NCBI GenBank assembly: GCA_002633005.1 | Contig: NMRA01000971.1 | Location: 32,433 to 85,018, forward strand | Origin: Phoronis australis | Lineage: Eukaryota > Animalia > Phoronida | DNA length: 52,586 nt | Direction of reading: 5' to 3' | Shown here: one piece after another, positions 51,015 to 52,586 of the stretch | Numbering within the stretch: the first letter of the stretch is position 1 | How the letters are laid out: each line of letters starts with the position of its first letter | Notes under the pieces: model-generated | Database searches by the model: none | Told to the model about the DNA's origin: nothing | What the model saw: the letters and a program-made list of their open reading frames with translations, nothing else | Program-made: the position numbers and the translations under genes

Positions 51015-52452
51015 AGGTGAAAGCAAGCTTTTTTCATGTCGCTTTTAGCACAAATAAGGTTCGTTGATTATCCCAGACACATTTTTCGCTTAATTGCAAC
51101 TTTTCGTAATTTGATTAATTTCACGTCATCTACTCCGGAAGTGACGTTTGGGGAGGCAAGAGTTTCGTGCCAATTTCTTTTCATTATAGTCTGACTGTGA
51201 GAGCTGTCGAGTGAGTCATTGTTCTACCTCGGTTGTGATCAGTTTGGTCGTCGTTTGCTTTTGTTTACAAGTCAGTCAACATGCCATGTCTCACACGCGG
51301 TTTGGGTACCTTGCGCCTTCCGAAGGATGACACACTTCGCGTACTTGGCTAGCTCGTTCATGTGAAGAACACAGCGCTACCCGTCCACGCAACGTACAAA
51401 GCAGTGGAGGGTTACCGAGTGTGTGGTAAGCATTTTCTGCCGTCAGATTGTGACAGATATGCACGCTGAATTGATGAAGGTCACTGCAAAACAACGCCTT
51501 AAGAAGGGTACCTTACCGTCGCTGTCGATTCCCGGCAGTGCTCCGTCACCAACCTCGAGAATTACGTTTTTGAAGCGAGAAGCCTCGGGAGCTGTGGCCA
51601 CTATATACACTGACTGGAGGCACTTCATCTGAATTGATGAAAGTCCCTGCGAAACAACGCCTGAAGAAGGGTACCATACCGTCGCTGTCGATTCCCGGCA
51701 GTGCCCCGTCGCCAACCCGCCCGAAAAGTGCGTTTTTGAAGCGAGAAGCCTCGCGAGCTGTGGCCACTACATACAGTGACTGGAGGCACTTTTTACCCAA
51801 TAGCGTGCAATTCCGGGAACTAGCAGTGATTCGCCCTGCGCTGTTGTCTCTAGCCCACAGCTTGTAAGACCCCCTGCAGCGATGTTGAGTAGTGGGAGTG
51901 AATACAGGCCCAGTTCGACACCCAGTGAAGAGGACAGTTCGTCATCCAATGAACAGATCGGTGAGCCTAAGTTTGATAAGTTTATTGTGGATTTAATTGT
52001 ATTGGAGCTATTTGGAAGGTGCCAGGCGTGTGGCGAGGGAGTCACACGGCGGGATGTAAGCAGTTTGGGTGCTCAGATCACGCTTCATTGGGAGTGTGTC
52101 GCGGGACACTCGGGCAAGTGGAACAGTTCTTCATCTGTACGTGAGGCGATAATGAGTACACCCCAGTACGCAGCAACAGCGTGGCATGTTGACTGACTCG
52201 TAAGCAAAAGCAAACGACGACCGAACTTATCACAACCGAGGAAGAACAATGACTGACGCGACTGCTCTCACAGTCAGACTATATGAAAAGAAATTGGCGC
52301 GAAATTCTTGCCTCCCAAAACGTCACTTCCGGAGTGGCCGACGAGTAATTAATTACATTACGAAAAGCAGTAAATAAGTGAAAAATATGTCTGGGATATT
52401 CAACGAACCTTATTTTTGCTAAAAATGACATGAAAAAAGGTTGCCTTTGCCT
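51015..52452 (+). mobile_element. Non-autonomous Kolobok DNA transposon with ~270-bp inverted arms
   Basis: TTAA on both sides (51011-51014, 52453-52456), AGG...CCT termini, arms 51015-51286 and 52182-52452. Confidence 0.85.
51281..52140 (+). pseudogene. N-terminal remnant of a Kolobok transposase (THAP plus Cys/His region)
   Basis: RVCGKHF and RLKKGT(L/I)PSL (THAP C-terminal part, in a 163-bp tandem duplication at 51466/51629); KFIV...LFGRCQAC...G......CVAGH..KW.S. Confidence 0.75.
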
Positions 52453-52586
52453 TTAAGAAGCGAGCCTCGCGTGATTGACCAGTGCAAAAATAATGTCATT
52501 GAAGCACTGCGATTGCTGAGCTCGCGCCAACGGATCAATGGTAGTTGTCGAGAAGTAAAAAAGGACATAAGGTAGTTTGGTCCATA

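Overview
AT-rich, almost certainly animal (probably invertebrate) genomic DNA made of nested transposable elements. I see no intact host gene and nothing prokaryotic. Main contents: (1) a BEL/Pao LTR retrotransposon (4103-9999, 5-bp TSD) with gag-protease and integrase but no RT/RNaseH, and a tandemly repeated non-canonical primer-binding region; (2) five fragments of split-direct-repeat elements resembling Ngaro/DIRS ends, with a conserved fold and a recurrent truncation point; (3) the 5' part of an Ingi/I-group LINE with a candidate HDV-like ribozyme; (4) many non-autonomous DNA transposons: Tc2/pogo-like, hAT5-like (carrying a tRNA-like Pol III module), Harbinger-like, ISL2EU-like and Kolobok (both THAP-bearing), a spliced Zator-like transposase 3' end, and two Helentron-type (HINE) families; (5) an older composite repeat that hosts several of these. 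Boundaries and alignments were read by eye, and superfamily names rest on termini, TSDs and remembered motifs rather than database searches.
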